From a virus: DNA of 64,000 nt. Both the position numbers and the translations under genes were made by a program. Below the pieces are notes generated by a model. That model was not told the origin of the DNA. It did no database searches and saw only the letters and a program-made list of their open reading frames with translations. Within the stretch, counting starts at the first letter, position 1, and every line of letters starts with the position of its first letter. Where the stretch lies: the IMG/VR virus record IMGVR_UViG_3300048597_000118, positions 1 through 64,000 of that record. The stretch is one strand, 5' to 3'. Below are positions 39,133 through 49,864 of the stretch, one piece after another.

Positions 39133-42100
39133 TTAGAACTGGTCGACACGAGGTCCAGGCAGTGCATTAATAGTTAGGGAAGAACGGAAGTCTAAAATGT
39201 CCGTAACCTTCAGATAATCTCCAGGGAAGATAGGACGAGCTTGAATCAAAATGTTGATGATACCCCGGCGGGCATCGTCTTCAGAGTTGTTTCGCGCATC
39301 ACAAATGGTTGGCTGGTAAGCAGACAACATTTCATTCCGTACAAACTCAGCCAGCACAGCGTCACAAGCACTTGCAATACGACTTAGTAACTGAGGGCTG
39401 ATGTTCTGAGAGCGGTAGCTCAACAAAGACTTGTAGATGCGGTCACGTGCTTGGTCCCAAGAGTGGACTACAGACACATGACGTAACAAGTTATTGGTGG
39501 TAGAGCTAATACCGTTCAAGAACTTAAACACATTCAATCCGGGGTCTAAGTAAAAGACTTCAGTGCCGGACTGAGTGTAAGCTTCTAAGTTAGACGGAGT
39601 AGGATTGATAGAGCTATAAGTAAAGCCGATTACAGAACGTTCACCGTAGGTAGACGCGGGGCTCAAGTGAGGTCCACGGCTAGCACCTAGTCCGATGTAT
39701 GCACCAACTACGGGCTCACTACGATAAGCAATACCGCTCATGCTCCGACCTTGAGCCATCCCTGCAATTTGGATGAACCGAGGAGAGTTAACTTGGGTAC
39801 GCATGGTACCGGCAGAACGAGGAGTAACCGTAGGAGATAACTGGACTACCGCCCGACGGAAACCACCAGTAGAAGGTCCGCTAGAATCTACAATCTCTTT
39901 GAGCTTCTCAAAGACTTCTTTGTAGTCATTGTCGCCGTAGTAAATACCTACGACACCAATCCAAGTAACGTCAATAGAGCGGACTAATTCTAACGCTTCT
40001 AAATAGCCGGCCTTACGGGCTTCAATAGCAGACGTTGCATCTCCAGCTGCCGAGAAGTTAGTTCCTTTACGAAGGAACACATCTGAAATAGTAGAAGACC
40101 CTTGAGCTCCAAATCGAGTAAACCCAGTGGAGTAGGAATTGTCCTGAGCTTCTAGCGCAGGAGCTAAGCGTAGAGGTAGCTGAGTGTAAATGTCAGGTGT
40201 TAACCGTGCAGCACGCACTATAGGATTACTAGGCTCAATAGCAGGAATCAAGTAAACTCGAACCAAGTTAGAAGTTTCGGTCTCTACATAAACACCAGTG
40301 TCAGTGTTGACAGCTTTGTTATCCAGGTAGAAAGACTCTACTTTGGGTCCGCCTAAGCTTACTTCAGCAGAGGTATCTTCTACTTGTAAGTAAAACCGAG
40401 CACTGCCTTCGCTTACTTCATCTGGGATAATGGTCACGCGGATGTTATTACCATAATCACCAGGGCTTAAAGCTTGTATACGGACTAAAGGGCGCCCGTC
40501 TAAAGCGTAGAAGTCACGGTATGCAAAGGAGCCGCTGTCCCGTCCACCCGTATAAGCATAATACTTATCAGGACCATAGTTATCCTGAGTGTAAATGCCG
40601 TCTTTAGTTAGAGACATCAACACATCACGAGTTTGGTCTTGACTTTCTAAACTAATAAGAGCTCCAACGTATAACTCGTCAGAGAATGCGCTCTGAACTT
40701 CAGAGGGCATGTCAAACTCTACATAATTGGTGCTAGCTGCACTAATGGGGTAGTAAGTACCGTTAAAGGTTACGCCGTAGTCCTCGTAGTTGTTAATAAC
40801 AACATTAGACACAGACTCGACCATGAACTTGTCATCGTCCATTGCTGAAAACACTAGCTCAGGTCCAGCAACATAACGAACTAAATTCCACAAGCACCGG
40901 TTAGATTCCAATCCAGTGATGCTGGGTCGCACTTGGAACATGTACGGCGTCATACCAATGACATTTTCTACCGCACTAGTCATAGAAGAGAATGCCGGGT
41001 CAGCGTAAATGGCATACTCTAAGTCCCGCATAATGTTAGCCAGTGGAGTGCCTTTTGCATACGCTTCTGGGGTACCGGCTCGACCACCTACAACAACTTG
41101 AGTCCGCACAAAAGGTACGGTCCATTGCGTGCCCTGAGTTAAGTTCAGGCGACTATCATTAGGAAGTCCATAAAGGATTTTAATGCCGACAGATTCCTGA
41201 CCTAAGACAGTAGCAGTGGAATAAGATAAAGGCGCTACTAAGTATTTGAACTCGATAGCTTTATTGCCGTTACCTTCAGTTAACACATAGTAAGCGTCAG
41301 CACCGGTCAGGTTAGGCACTTTGAAGTAGTTGTAGCCATCCTGTTGTGCAGACAAGTTGGCGAAAGTATCAGTCTGTACATATCCATAGGAAACTAAGAT
41401 TTTACTCTTAGAAGGAAAATGTACACGGAAAGGTTTAGTTACAGCGGCGGTGTTGGGCGCAGTTAACACAATGTAATCATTTACTTTGGTTTTTTCTGCG
41501 ACGTTGCCTGCTACAGTAACGGTAACCAACCCAGTAGTGGCTACATAAGGAGTAGTAACGGAATCAACTACAAAGGTTTCTTTAGAGTGACCAAAGGTTA
41601 ATTTAGTTCCTACTACAATAGTTGAGCTAGTTAAACCTTTAATAGCAACCGTAGAAGTCGTGGCTCCAGGAGTAATTGAAGCAACTCGTGGTGCGATAGT
41701 AACCCTAGAGTCTTCCTCCACTGTGGAGCTTAAGTTGTTACCAAGTTCCAAAGTTACCGATGCATCGGTGTTAGCAGCGCTTTCAATTAGATATACAGAC
41801 TCGTTAATTAACAATGCCGAGTCTTCTAAGATAGTCAGCTGATCAGCAGTAGGTTCCCAATCTGCTCCTAACGCACCAAAAGTGGCGTCAAAGGTAATCT
41901 CACGTAGTCCAGAAATGGAAGTTACAACACCGTTAACAGTGGTACTGGGGCTAAAATGACCAGTTACTACGATGCCTTTTAGTCCAGCGTCTTCGTTAAT
42001 GTAAAAGGGCTGTGAGGCAATAGTCAGTCCTTCTTGCTGCCCATTTTCGCTAGATAGTAGTGAGAAACCAGGATTAAGGAAATTCTCAACGTAGGCGTTG

Positions 42101-42732
42101 TTGCCTTCAGTGTAAGAAACAATCTGGTACTCTTCAGGTGCTGTATTACGAACAGTCATTTGTAGAGCCTGTACAGAGTCTTCATACACTACAGGCTCAG
42201 CAAAGTTACCCTTTTGAATATATTGAGCATTAAAGTTAAATTGACCGCGCCCAAAGAAATTGGGGTGGGTCACATGACCAGTTTCAGTACGCAACTCTCC
42301 GTAATGAGTCACAGCACTTACCGGGCTGCCAATATAATCAAAAGTCAGTCTAAGACCTGTAGTGCGGTTGAATACGTCTAATACGTTAGTAGTGCTGACG
42401 CCAGACTCAAAACCAGTCTTAGGAACTACGTTGGGGTCTTCACCGGCCAAATAAAACCGGAGATAGCCAGGCTGGGTGCTGGGTACAACACGAATAGCAG
42501 TAGCGTTGGCAGCGCCCTGTTGTAAGGCTTGCTGTAACGCAATAGAACCAGAGCTACTATCTTCACCAAAAAGAGAGGCTAAAACAGAACGTTGTTTAGA
42601 AGTTACAGGGCGCAAAGGACCACGGTTAAATTCCCCGATGATAGCGTAACCATCACGCCAGGGAGCAGTAGAAGGAACGGGGCCTAAGATCCGAGAATCA
42701 AAAGAAATATGTGGGAAAGTATAATCAGCCAT
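39133..42732 (-). CDS. Contractile tail sheath protein (1199 aa)
   Basis: N-terminal FPHI..AIIGEFNRGP, middle ALSPGDYGNNIRV, C-terminal ICDARNNSEDDARRGIINILIQARP. Confidence 0.92.
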   Translation of the reverse strand: MADYTFPHISFDSRILGPVPSTAPWRDGYAIIGEFNRGPLRPVTSKQRSVLASLFGEDSSSGSIALQQALQQGAANATAIRVVPSTQPGYLRFYLAGEDPNVVPKTGFESGVSTTNVLDVFNRTTGLRLTFDYIGSPVSAVTHYGELRTETGHVTHPNFFGRGQFNFNAQYIQKGNFAEPVVYEDSVQALQMTVRNTAPEEYQIVSYTEGNNAYVENFLNPGFSLLSSENGQQEGLTIASQPFYINEDAGLKGIVVTGHFSPSTTVNGVVTSISGLREITFDATFGALGADWEPTADQLTILEDSALLINESVYLIESAANTDASVTLELGNNLSSTVEEDSRVTIAPRVASITPGATTSTVAIKGLTSSTIVVGTKLTFGHSKETFVVDSVTTPYVATTGLVTVTVAGNVAEKTKVNDYIVLTAPNTAAVTKPFRVHFPSKSKILVSYGYVQTDTFANLSAQQDGYNYFKVPNLTGADAYYVLTEGNGNKAIEFKYLVAPLSYSTATVLGQESVGIKILYGLPNDSRLNLTQGTQWTVPFVRTQVVVGGRAGTPEAYAKGTPLANIMRDLEYAIYADPAFSSMTSAVENVIGMTPYMFQVRPSITGLESNRCLWNLVRYVAGPELVFSAMDDDKFMVESVSNVVINNYEDYGVTFNGTYYPISAASTNYVEFDMPSEVQSAFSDELYVGALISLESQDQTRDVLMSLTKDGIYTQDNYGPDKYYAYTGGRDSGSFAYRDFYALDGRPLVRIQALSPGDYGNNIRVTIIPDEVSEGSARFYLQVEDTSAEVSLGGPKVESFYLDNKAVNTDTGVYVETETSNLVRVYLIPAIEPSNPIVRAARLTPDIYTQLPLRLAPALEAQDNSYSTGFTRFGAQGSSTISDVFLRKGTNFSAAGDATSAIEARKAGYLEALELVRSIDVTWIGVVGIYYGDNDYKEVFEKLKEIVDSSGPSTGGFRRAVVQLSPTVTPRSAGTMRTQVNSPRFIQIAGMAQGRSMSGIAYRSEPVVGAYIGLGASRGPHLSPASTYGERSVIGFTYSSINPTPSNLEAYTQSGTEVFYLDPGLNVFKFLNGISSTTNNLLRHVSVVHSWDQARDRIYKSLLSYRSQNISPQLLSRIASACDAVLAEFVRNEMLSAYQPTICDARNNSEDDARRGIINILIQARPIFPGDYLKVTDILDFRSSLTINALPGPRVDQF

Positions 42733-42984
42733 GAGAGTGCTACTAGCGTGATGTTTATTACACTACAAAGGGTTATTAACCGTTCACAAAACCTGTAGAA
42801 ATACGAGGTAATGCTTTTAGATTGGATTAACCAATTTAGGGCACAACGGCTGGGCCTCTATCAACTCGGAGATAATCTCGTCGCTGAATACTTTTAGTGT
42901 GATGTTAATGGAATTACGTTGTGTAACCCCTATTCATATAATTAGTTGATTTTCACTGAATATCAGTCCGTGAGCCTAAAATCC

Positions 42985-43827
42985 TTACGGCACAAAGGAT
43001 TCCACATTGTCTATTTCTGGGTTACCAGACTGCAATACAAAATTCGGCTTCGGTAAGACATAGTCTTCGGCGCGGGGCGGCTCGTATAAATCATACGATA
43101 CCAACATATACGCAGAGTGGAATACTAAGTTCAACTTATCATTACCTTCCCAGTTAGGAGTCTCGTAATTCACAGACATAATGTTAGGATTGCGGACTGT
43201 AAAAGGTTTTAATACGTTGATGTCTCGTATGACGCCGCGCAATATAGCCATCCAATTCCTTAATATCTCCTCCCCGGGTAAGATGTTAACCTGTAACATC
43301 TTTTGCTCTACAAAATGCGTCTCAGGTAAATGCTCTTGTAATGTATCTCCTGGTAGATCTACAGGAGTGTCAAACCCTTCTTTATACTGCAGTATCCTAC
43401 CATGAGGTAAAGCGTTGACTATATCATTGATAGGATTAGACTGTTCAGAATAGATAATACTTGGAGCGTTGTAGCTAGACTCCCGATAATATAAGTGGAC
43501 GACTAAGCGCACGGTGGCCTTAACAGACCACTCCTTCATAGATGCATTACCCAGATTATGGTTCTCATAGGTTATTGCCCGCCCTAATCCTTGGTTAGTT
43601 CCAGGCAAATATACAGATAGCGTTAGCCCATCTTCTATATACTCAGTACCTGCAAAAGTACGATATGAGGCTAACGGTATCTTACGCGCTATATTACGGT
43701 CACCTGTGATATACGGGTAATAAACATCAGCGTTGGCTATGTCTCTATGGTTAGCTATGGCGTTAATTAAGGCTCTTACTATTTGCCCCTCAGTGGGGTA
43801 TAAAGATTTGATTCTAGGGTATCCCAT
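42985..43827 (-). CDS. Putative neck/tail-completion protein
   Basis: Position immediately upstream of the sheath. Confidence 0.5.
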   Translation of the reverse strand: MGYPRIKSLYPTEGQIVRALINAIANHRDIANADVYYPYITGDRNIARKIPLASYRTFAGTEYIEDGLTLSVYLPGTNQGLGRAITYENHNLGNASMKEWSVKATVRLVVHLYYRESSYNAPSIIYSEQSNPINDIVNALPHGRILQYKEGFDTPVDLPGDTLQEHLPETHFVEQKMLQVNILPGEEILRNWMAILRGVIRDINVLKPFTVRNPNIMSVNYETPNWEGNDKLNLVFHSAYMLVSYDLYEPPRAEDYVLPKPNFVLQSGNPEIDNVESFVP

Positions 43828-43832
43828 AATTA

Positions 43833-45551
43833 TTAGAGCCTAAAGTCCTGTACAGATTCGTGTTCGTCCACAATGGCCCGCCATAAGTTATTTGGCTTAC
43901 GACTTACTAATTTAACTGTCTCATTAGCAGCCATAGCACCTAATTCTTGGAAGTAACTGCGGGATTTAACAGAAATCACTAAACTCCTGGGTTTACTACT
44001 AAACGGCGTTCTAGGTCCAACGTAGTCACCAGTAGCTATTTCTATGTCCGGCGGCACTTTGATAATATCCATGGTGATGTGAGACATACTTTTGGTCAAA
44101 GACCAACCAACTAACTCTACAGCAGACATAGGTTGAGCTACTTCTGTTGGGTCATTCCGTATGATGGCCCCCGTAGCTTTAGTCTTAAGATTTATGCGCG
44201 CTAACCCTTCTAACAATTGCAATGCTATCTGTGAGAACCTAGAGTTGTCTAAGTTTAATTGTTCTGTAGCGTCTCCACTGCCATCCATAATCCTGTCAAA
44301 GGTCTCTTCTAGCAGAACTGGTTCTTCATCTACTTCAGATAGATTAGGCTGCCAAGGTTGCAGTCTATAAGCAAACTCAGTCATCTGTAAGGGCGGCGCA
44401 TCTCCTTCTTCGTACACCTTCTTATTACGGAAATACAAGACTATAGGTGTATAGGCTTCATTTAACTGCTTAGCGTTGAGGGAAGACGCACGGTTAAAGT
44501 AAAGGATGATTATAGAGCCATTTACTGGATAGTCCTGTAAAGACTCAGGAGAGGTGCCCCATCTAAAAGGAGGTTTACCAAAAACAGACCCGCTAGGATC
44601 AGTCTTGGTAGCGCCAATTACTAATTGCTCAGTGTCAGGAGTGGTTATAGGTTTAGTCTGTATCCTGACATTAATAGAATGACCCACTACACCATTGATA
44701 GGCCTCCGGGGATAGAAAGATAGAGCGTGGCATTTACCTTCATTAACTACGTCCCTACCTCCTAACTCAGCTATAGCTAATAGCGCGCCATCAACACTCT
44801 GAATCGTATATTGGTTTATGCAATCAGCTAAATCAGACACTAAATGCCAAGTAGATACACTACCTCTATAAGTTTGGACAACAGACCAAGCAGTGGTAAA
44901 CGAAGGGCAGTACCACTCAAGGACTAATTCTCTATCGTTAGGCAATTCAAAGTCGGCAGGTACAAAATAAAACGCTACTGGCGGTTTGTCTTCGTCTTTA
45001 GCTGTAGACCCACCGCCTGTAGACGCTTCAGACCTTTGATAGGTGACTACAATACGGTCTATATCCGCAATGGCGTCAGCTCTTAGTTCTGATGCATATT
45101 CTCGTTGTACTTCCGGTAACTTAGCCAGTAAAGTAGCGGCAGTTAAAGCGGCGCTAGCCCTACGAATACCATCAGAAAACAAGGTCATATTCAACTTGTT
45201 CTGGTTGATGGCCCCTGCTGCTCTATTTGGGTCGCCAAACATCAGAGTTTGAATTTCATCTAACCCTGAAAATACATTGTTGTTGGTGTTTTTATCTTTA
45301 GCCCCTGCTAACTTCAAAGCAATCTTAGGGTCTGACTGCTTAGTGATTACGTTAAATATTTCTAAGGTACGGGTTCTATTAAGCAAGACTGAATAATCCC
45401 TGACCATCTGGGCCATGGTGGCCAGTTCTGGAGAGACTGCTTCTAAATCTGCGTCCTCTAGCTCTTGGGCAGTAGAAAAAGAGATACCAGACCCTACACC
45501 GTCTGCCTCGGGGTAGCTAAATCTATTTCCAAAGGAGTAGTTAGTGCTCAT
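43833..45551 (-). CDS. Putative head-tail adaptor with large C-terminal extension
   Basis: Position; helical IRRASAALTAATLL...ELRADAIADIDRI resembles Mu gp36-type adaptors. Confidence 0.45.
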   Translation of the reverse strand: MSTNYSFGNRFSYPEADGVGSGISFSTAQELEDADLEAVSPELATMAQMVRDYSVLLNRTRTLEIFNVITKQSDPKIALKLAGAKDKNTNNNVFSGLDEIQTLMFGDPNRAAGAINQNKLNMTLFSDGIRRASAALTAATLLAKLPEVQREYASELRADAIADIDRIVVTYQRSEASTGGGSTAKDEDKPPVAFYFVPADFELPNDRELVLEWYCPSFTTAWSVVQTYRGSVSTWHLVSDLADCINQYTIQSVDGALLAIAELGGRDVVNEGKCHALSFYPRRPINGVVGHSINVRIQTKPITTPDTEQLVIGATKTDPSGSVFGKPPFRWGTSPESLQDYPVNGSIIILYFNRASSLNAKQLNEAYTPIVLYFRNKKVYEEGDAPPLQMTEFAYRLQPWQPNLSEVDEEPVLLEETFDRIMDGSGDATEQLNLDNSRFSQIALQLLEGLARINLKTKATGAIIRNDPTEVAQPMSAVELVGWSLTKSMSHITMDIIKVPPDIEIATGDYVGPRTPFSSKPRSLVISVKSRSYFQELGAMAANETVKLVSRKPNNLWRAIVDEHESVQDFRL

Positions 45552-45582
45552 ACAGGGTCTGGTTATCTATGTTGTTGGATTA

Positions 45583-46161
45583 TTATTCTTCAACAGTAGG
45601 CTCAACTTCAGCCCCTTCTGTTTTAAGGATGCGGTCACATTCACGCACTACGGCCTGCATGGTATCAAACCCTTCTTTGATTTCCCGAATGGCGTCATAG
45701 TCAATAGGAGTCTCGTCTTCTAGCTCTAGAACACGAGAGCGAACCTTAGACCAATGAGCTTTAGGATCTAGACCAGCTATTAACTCTGCTTCTTCTGCTT
45801 CAATAACAGGTTCGGGTTCGGGCTGGGGTTCCGGTTCAGCAGGAGCAGAATACTGAGAGTTAGGGTCAGCTAAAGTCCCAGGAGCGTAAGGAGTAGCCCA
45901 TTCAGCATGTTTAGTAATCTTAGGTACTTCTACCTTAGGTTTTACTACTGGACTAATATTGCGTTTATGAATAGTTAAAGGAGTGCCTTGAGCAGAAGAG
46001 GATACTAGACGGAAGTTACCGCCAGCTTCTGACCCTAAAATGGCTCGGGCTTCGTTATCTGGTAATAGCAAGGATTCCCCCACATTTTCGTTGGTAAATT
46101 GATAAGTTTTGCCCGCTACAGTGACCTTAGTCGGGGCGGTGATAATAAGTCGATACGCCAT
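45583..46161 (-). CDS. Hypothetical protein (192 aa)
   Basis: Packed ORF with a PE-rich linker. Confidence 0.75.
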   Translation of the reverse strand: MAYRLIITAPTKVTVAGKTYQFTNENVGESLLLPDNEARAILGSEAGGNFRLVSSSAQGTPLTIHKRNISPVVKPKVEVPKITKHAEWATPYAPGTLADPNSQYSAPAEPEPQPEPEPVIEAEEAELIAGLDPKAHWSKVRSRVLELEDETPIDYDAIREIKEGFDTMQAVVRECDRILKTEGAEVEPTVEE

Positions 46162-46184
46162 AATACTTTCTAGTCTAAGTGGTT

Positions 46185-46222
46185 ATAAGAGAATGCCCAG
46201 CCCTATTCAATAGAGCTGGGCA
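46185..46222 (-). terminator. Hairpin after the capsid/decoration genes
   Basis: TGCCCAGC.CTAT-TGA-ATAG.GCTGGGCA followed by TTCTCTT. Confidence 0.6.
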
Positions 46223-46251
46223 AACTCCCAAGGCTATTCTAAGTTATTAGC

Positions 46252-47301
46252 TTATACAGCTAATACTCCGTGAACATCAAGTAAGTCACTCTTATTCCGG
46301 TCGAACAAGTAGAAACGACCAGCAGTTTGAGGCTCGATCACAAACACAGCATCAGTCATATTACCAGTCAGGTTGGCAGCCACCGTTACGGTGTTGCCAG
46401 TAATGCCAGTAACGTTACTAGATACAGTAGCGGGACTACCTGCAAAAGCAGCGGTGGTGTGGGTGAGCTTAACAGCCAAATTACTTACGTTGCCGGCAGC
46501 AGCGACCATATCGGCCAAGATGGCGGCGGTATCATCATCTACCAGCAAGTCATTATCACCAGATACACCAGTAGCTACAACGCTAAGGGGCAAGGTGTAA
46601 TAGTAGAGGCTTAACCGACCTAACTCTAAAGAAGCGCCCGCACGGAGCAGTGCTTTAGAAGCAGAGTTGGTGTAAGGAGGATAGTTGGGCTCGATGTAAA
46701 CCCGTTTCTCTAAGGCGCCAACAGTAAAGTTAGTAGCAGCCACAGTAGGCAACATGTCATTGCCGAAACTACGGTTCTTACCTTTTTGAGCAGGCAGAGA
46801 AGGAGCACTGAAAATGGGGTTGAATTGTTCCCAATTAGCCCCGTCATACTCGTAGAATTTGGTGGCACTGAGGTAGTCACCGAAGTCAATGCACTCAGCG
46901 TATTGAGCGCCTTTACCCACAGAAGCACCATTGAGATAAGTAGTGGGAGCAGAGTCGCCCATAGGAACAGGTTGAAGTACCCGAGTGGGGTTTAGATAGA
47001 TGTAATAGTCGTTAACACCGTTAACCGGGGGCATAACAGACAGAGGAGCAACAGTGACGTTAGCGCTAGAGGCTAATACTGCTAGCTCACCGTCTAAATA
47101 CGCTTTGCCGGCGGCTACGGCAACTGTGTAGCTAGGAGTGGCTACGGGTCCAGCGGCGGCGGGTTTAGACCAGCTTAAGCCGAGACCAGAGAGGATCTCA
47201 GTGTACTGAGAGTAGTAGCTGAGACCTCCAGTCCGACCAGAGGGCCATAGCTGCCATAGAAAGCGGTACCCGGGCGTGCCATTGAGTGGAATAGTAGGCA
47301 T
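46252..47301 (-). CDS. Putative capsid decoration/cement protein
   Basis: Directly after the MCP, with similar high-expression-like codon usage; beta-rich. Confidence 0.55.
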   Translation of the reverse strand: MPTIPLNGTPGYRFLWQLWPSGRTGGLSYYSQYTEILSGLGLSWSKPAAAGPVATPSYTVAVAAGKAYLDGELAVLASSANVTVAPLSVMPPVNGVNDYYIYLNPTRVLQPVPMGDSAPTTYLNGASVGKGAQYAECIDFGDYLSATKFYEYDGANWEQFNPIFSAPSLPAQKGKNRSFGNDMLPTVAATNFTVGALEKRVYIEPNYPPYTNSASKALLRAGASLELGRLSLYYYTLPLSVVATGVSGDNDLLVDDDTAAILADMVAAAGNVSNLAVKLTHTTAAFAGSPATVSSNVTGITGNTVTVAANLTGNMTDAVFVIEPQTAGRFYLFDRNKSDLLDVHGVLAV

Positions 47302-47346
47302 GATTAATTATCAGTTAGTCGAAGAATAAGAAACAGGAGAACGAGT

Positions 47347-48642
47347 TTAGAAGGTACCGAAGCTGAGGTCAGACTGGAGAATCTGATTAGCACGGATATC
47401 ATCGGGCTCGCACACATCCAAGATGCAAATCCACTCAGGATATACAGCAAACGGTAAGAACGCGTCACCCATTTGCATAACCCGTCCAGGAGGTGCGGGA
47501 GGCTCTTGGGTTCCACTAATCCGAACGTATACGCCGGGGTTACCATCTTCAGCTTCACCCACACAATGTTGAGTCATACCCAACTTCGCACTGGGGTCAT
47601 TCATGTGCTGAGCAGCAACTAAAGCAACCTTATGAGCAGGCCACCAATGCTTAATAGTGTTGTCTACAGGGTCACGATACAGACCGTTAACTACCCGAAT
47701 CCGGAGACCACCTAAGGAATAAAGGTCGCCGCCAGGACCCAAGGTTACAAAAGAGCTGGGGGGTTGTTGATTAGCAGTAGCAAAATCAGCACTGCCATTG
47801 TTCATAAACAAAGCAGCCGGAATACCCATGTAAGACTTGACGAGGTTATTCTCTTGGAGAATGGTCAACAAGTCAGAGTGCATGATGATCTCAGTCACCA
47901 TGTTTTTGTTGGTGTTGAGCAACCACTGCTTCAACTGACGGATAGTGTAAGCGAGGTCAGCTCTATCATCAGTCCAGGGCACACCAAAGCGCTCATCAGT
48001 AGACCGGAATAAAAACGCTTCAGGGCGTCCTTTATCGTTGGTCATAGTTTGGTTAGCAGTGTAACCATGGAATAGACCACCGGAAGCGATATCACCGCTA
48101 AACCCTTTATAGGAGAAAAAGTTGTGCGCGGGAATCTGGGTGCTGACATCAATGGAGTAGTTAGTCCGAGGGTCAGTGTAGCTTACTCCGCCTAAGAGGA
48201 TTTTGGCACGGAATAAGTCAACGGTACGACGGTGACGGTTAACAAGTTTTTGAATCCGACGTTCAATAATTTGTTGAGGACTCCACTGGCTATTCATGGT
48301 GCCAGGTTGACGGAGTTGGTTAATGAAAGACTGTTCGATGAAGTCTTCTTCACGTACAACTACAGGAGTAATCAACCGACGTTGAATCCGGTCGTCTTCG
48401 ATGAAGCCGCCGCCGGGCACACCGAAGCGGACGATGGGCATAATACCCAGTCCTTCTACGATTTGCTCGATGACGATGGTGCGTTCGTTGATCATCGTAG
48501 AAGGGAATAGGTCGTCAAATTGACCCTGCTCTACAATGTCAAAGCCCCGCGCTAGCATAGTCAGCTGGAGACTACCTAAAGAATGTAGGTCTCCAACGTA
48601 ACTGTAATCTGTAATCTCAGGATGAAACTCTTGGACTGGCAT
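47347..48642 (-). CDS. Major capsid protein (lambda gpE-like, HK97 fold)
   Basis: Follows the protease/scaffold; FDDLFP..GIMPIVRFG..IQKLVNRHRRTVDLFRAKILLGG. Confidence 0.88.
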   Translation of the reverse strand: MPVQEFHPEITDYSYVGDLHSLGSLQLTMLARGFDIVEQGQFDDLFPSTMINERTIVIEQIVEGLGIMPIVRFGVPGGGFIEDDRIQRRLITPVVVREEDFIEQSFINQLRQPGTMNSQWSPQQIIERRIQKLVNRHRRTVDLFRAKILLGGVSYTDPRTNYSIDVSTQIPAHNFFSYKGFSGDIASGGLFHGYTANQTMTNDKGRPEAFLFRSTDERFGVPWTDDRADLAYTIRQLKQWLLNTNKNMVTEIIMHSDLLTILQENNLVKSYMGIPAALFMNNGSADFATANQQPPSSFVTLGPGGDLYSLGGLRIRVVNGLYRDPVDNTIKHWWPAHKVALVAAQHMNDPSAKLGMTQHCVGEAEDGNPGVYVRISGTQEPPAPPGRVMQMGDAFLPFAVYPEWICILDVCEPDDIRANQILQSDLSFGTF

Positions 48643-48681
48643 TGCTTTAACTGATTAGGAAGAAAGGATAGGATTAAACTA

Positions 48682-49851
48682 CTAAACAGGGAGATTAAAC
48701 TCTCTACCTAAGTCAGTAGCACGCTGCTTGAGTCGCTCAAGAGTGCTCAAGTAGGGAGTCATTTCTACCGTGGTAGATTTAGCGGTAGGAGCACCATTTA
48801 CATTGGTGAACTTGTGGGCTTCAGAGGTAGACAGCTGATTTAACAGTTGCCACATCATTTCTTCAGACTCAGGGCTCATACCAGCATTTAGCTTATTGGT
48901 GTACAGCTCTTTAGTCTCAGCGGAGATGTTCAACTTATTAAGACGTTGCAGCTTAGCGTTGGTCTCTTGACGACGGAAGGTTTCCGTATGCTCGTTAAGA
49001 GTGGTTTCTAAGTTGGAGAACTTTTCTAACAATTCGGAATACTTACGGTCACGGTCTGCGAGCTCTTGGCGGAGAACTAAGTTCTCTTCTTTAAGAGTTT
49101 CAACATCAGCAGCAGGGTCGGCTACAGCGCCACTAAACGCTTGGACGGAACCTTGCTCGTTGACTTCAGTATTAGTAATCGGGGCTGTAGAGCTTTGCTC
49201 GGCCGCCGGCGTAGTAGTAGGCGTAGTAGACGTCGTAGTCATAATAGAGGGTTGAGAAAATACTTCTTCTTCTTTAGATATAGTAGATTGTTGAGTAAAT
49301 ACAAAACGCACTGTTTCAGTAGGCTGTGTAAACGCTTCAACTTCAACTACTTCTACCCTAGGTAATTTGGTAAAAAAAGGCTCATTTGTCAAAGCGTGAC
49401 GCTCTAGTACAGTGCCTACTTTCTCTCCATTCTCACGATTAACAGCATTACGGGCTAACTCAGGACTGGCATATCTATACTTCCCAGATTCCACGTCATT
49501 TAATGCTTGCTCATCTACAGGGTCATATAACCCAAATAACGCTTCGCCTTCCTGCACAATGTTATCTAAAAAGGCTACTGCGGGCGTTCCCCCAGAACTA
49601 AAAACATTATTAGGGTGACCAAGATACAAAGGCGGTTCATAACCTAAGACCCCAGATTCCCAATTACTGATAATCTGGTCAAAGTCTTTCTGGTCTTCTA
49701 CTACCTGACCGTATTTAGGGTGTTCCCACGAGCCAATACGACTGATAGGCACCTTGATTAATTTCTTGCCCTTAGACTCAACCACCTCAGCAGCAGGAGC
49801 CGGGCTAAGCACTTCTAAATTTTCCATGGGTGATTCCACACTATTAGGCAT
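48682..49851 (-). CDS. Mu-like prohead protease/scaffold
   Basis: IGSWEHPKYG, YLGHP, YRYASPE and ALTNEPF motifs; coiled-coil C-terminus. Confidence 0.88.
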   Translation of the reverse strand: MPNSVESPMENLEVLSPAPAAEVVESKGKKLIKVPISRIGSWEHPKYGQVVEDQKDFDQIISNWESGVLGYEPPLYLGHPNNVFSSGGTPAVAFLDNIVQEGEALFGLYDPVDEQALNDVESGKYRYASPELARNAVNRENGEKVGTVLERHALTNEPFFTKLPRVEVVEVEAFTQPTETVRFVFTQQSTISKEEEVFSQPSIMTTTSTTPTTTPAAEQSSTAPITNTEVNEQGSVQAFSGAVADPAADVETLKEENLVLRQELADRDRKYSELLEKFSNLETTLNEHTETFRRQETNAKLQRLNKLNISAETKELYTNKLNAGMSPESEEMMWQLLNQLSTSEAHKFTNVNGAPTAKSTTVEMTPYLSTLERLKQRATDLGREFNLPV

Positions 49852-49864
49852 AACTGATTACCAC

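Noticed and set aside
42733-42984. 250-bp intergenic gap upstream of the sheath with a 28-codon plus-strand ORF at 42811
   Set aside because: No convincing RNA structure, RBS spacing or motif; likely a promoter region.
47304-47564. 86-aa alternate-frame ORF over the MCP 3' end (possible capsid frameshift)
   Set aside because: No slippery site seen, and the product is not protein-like.
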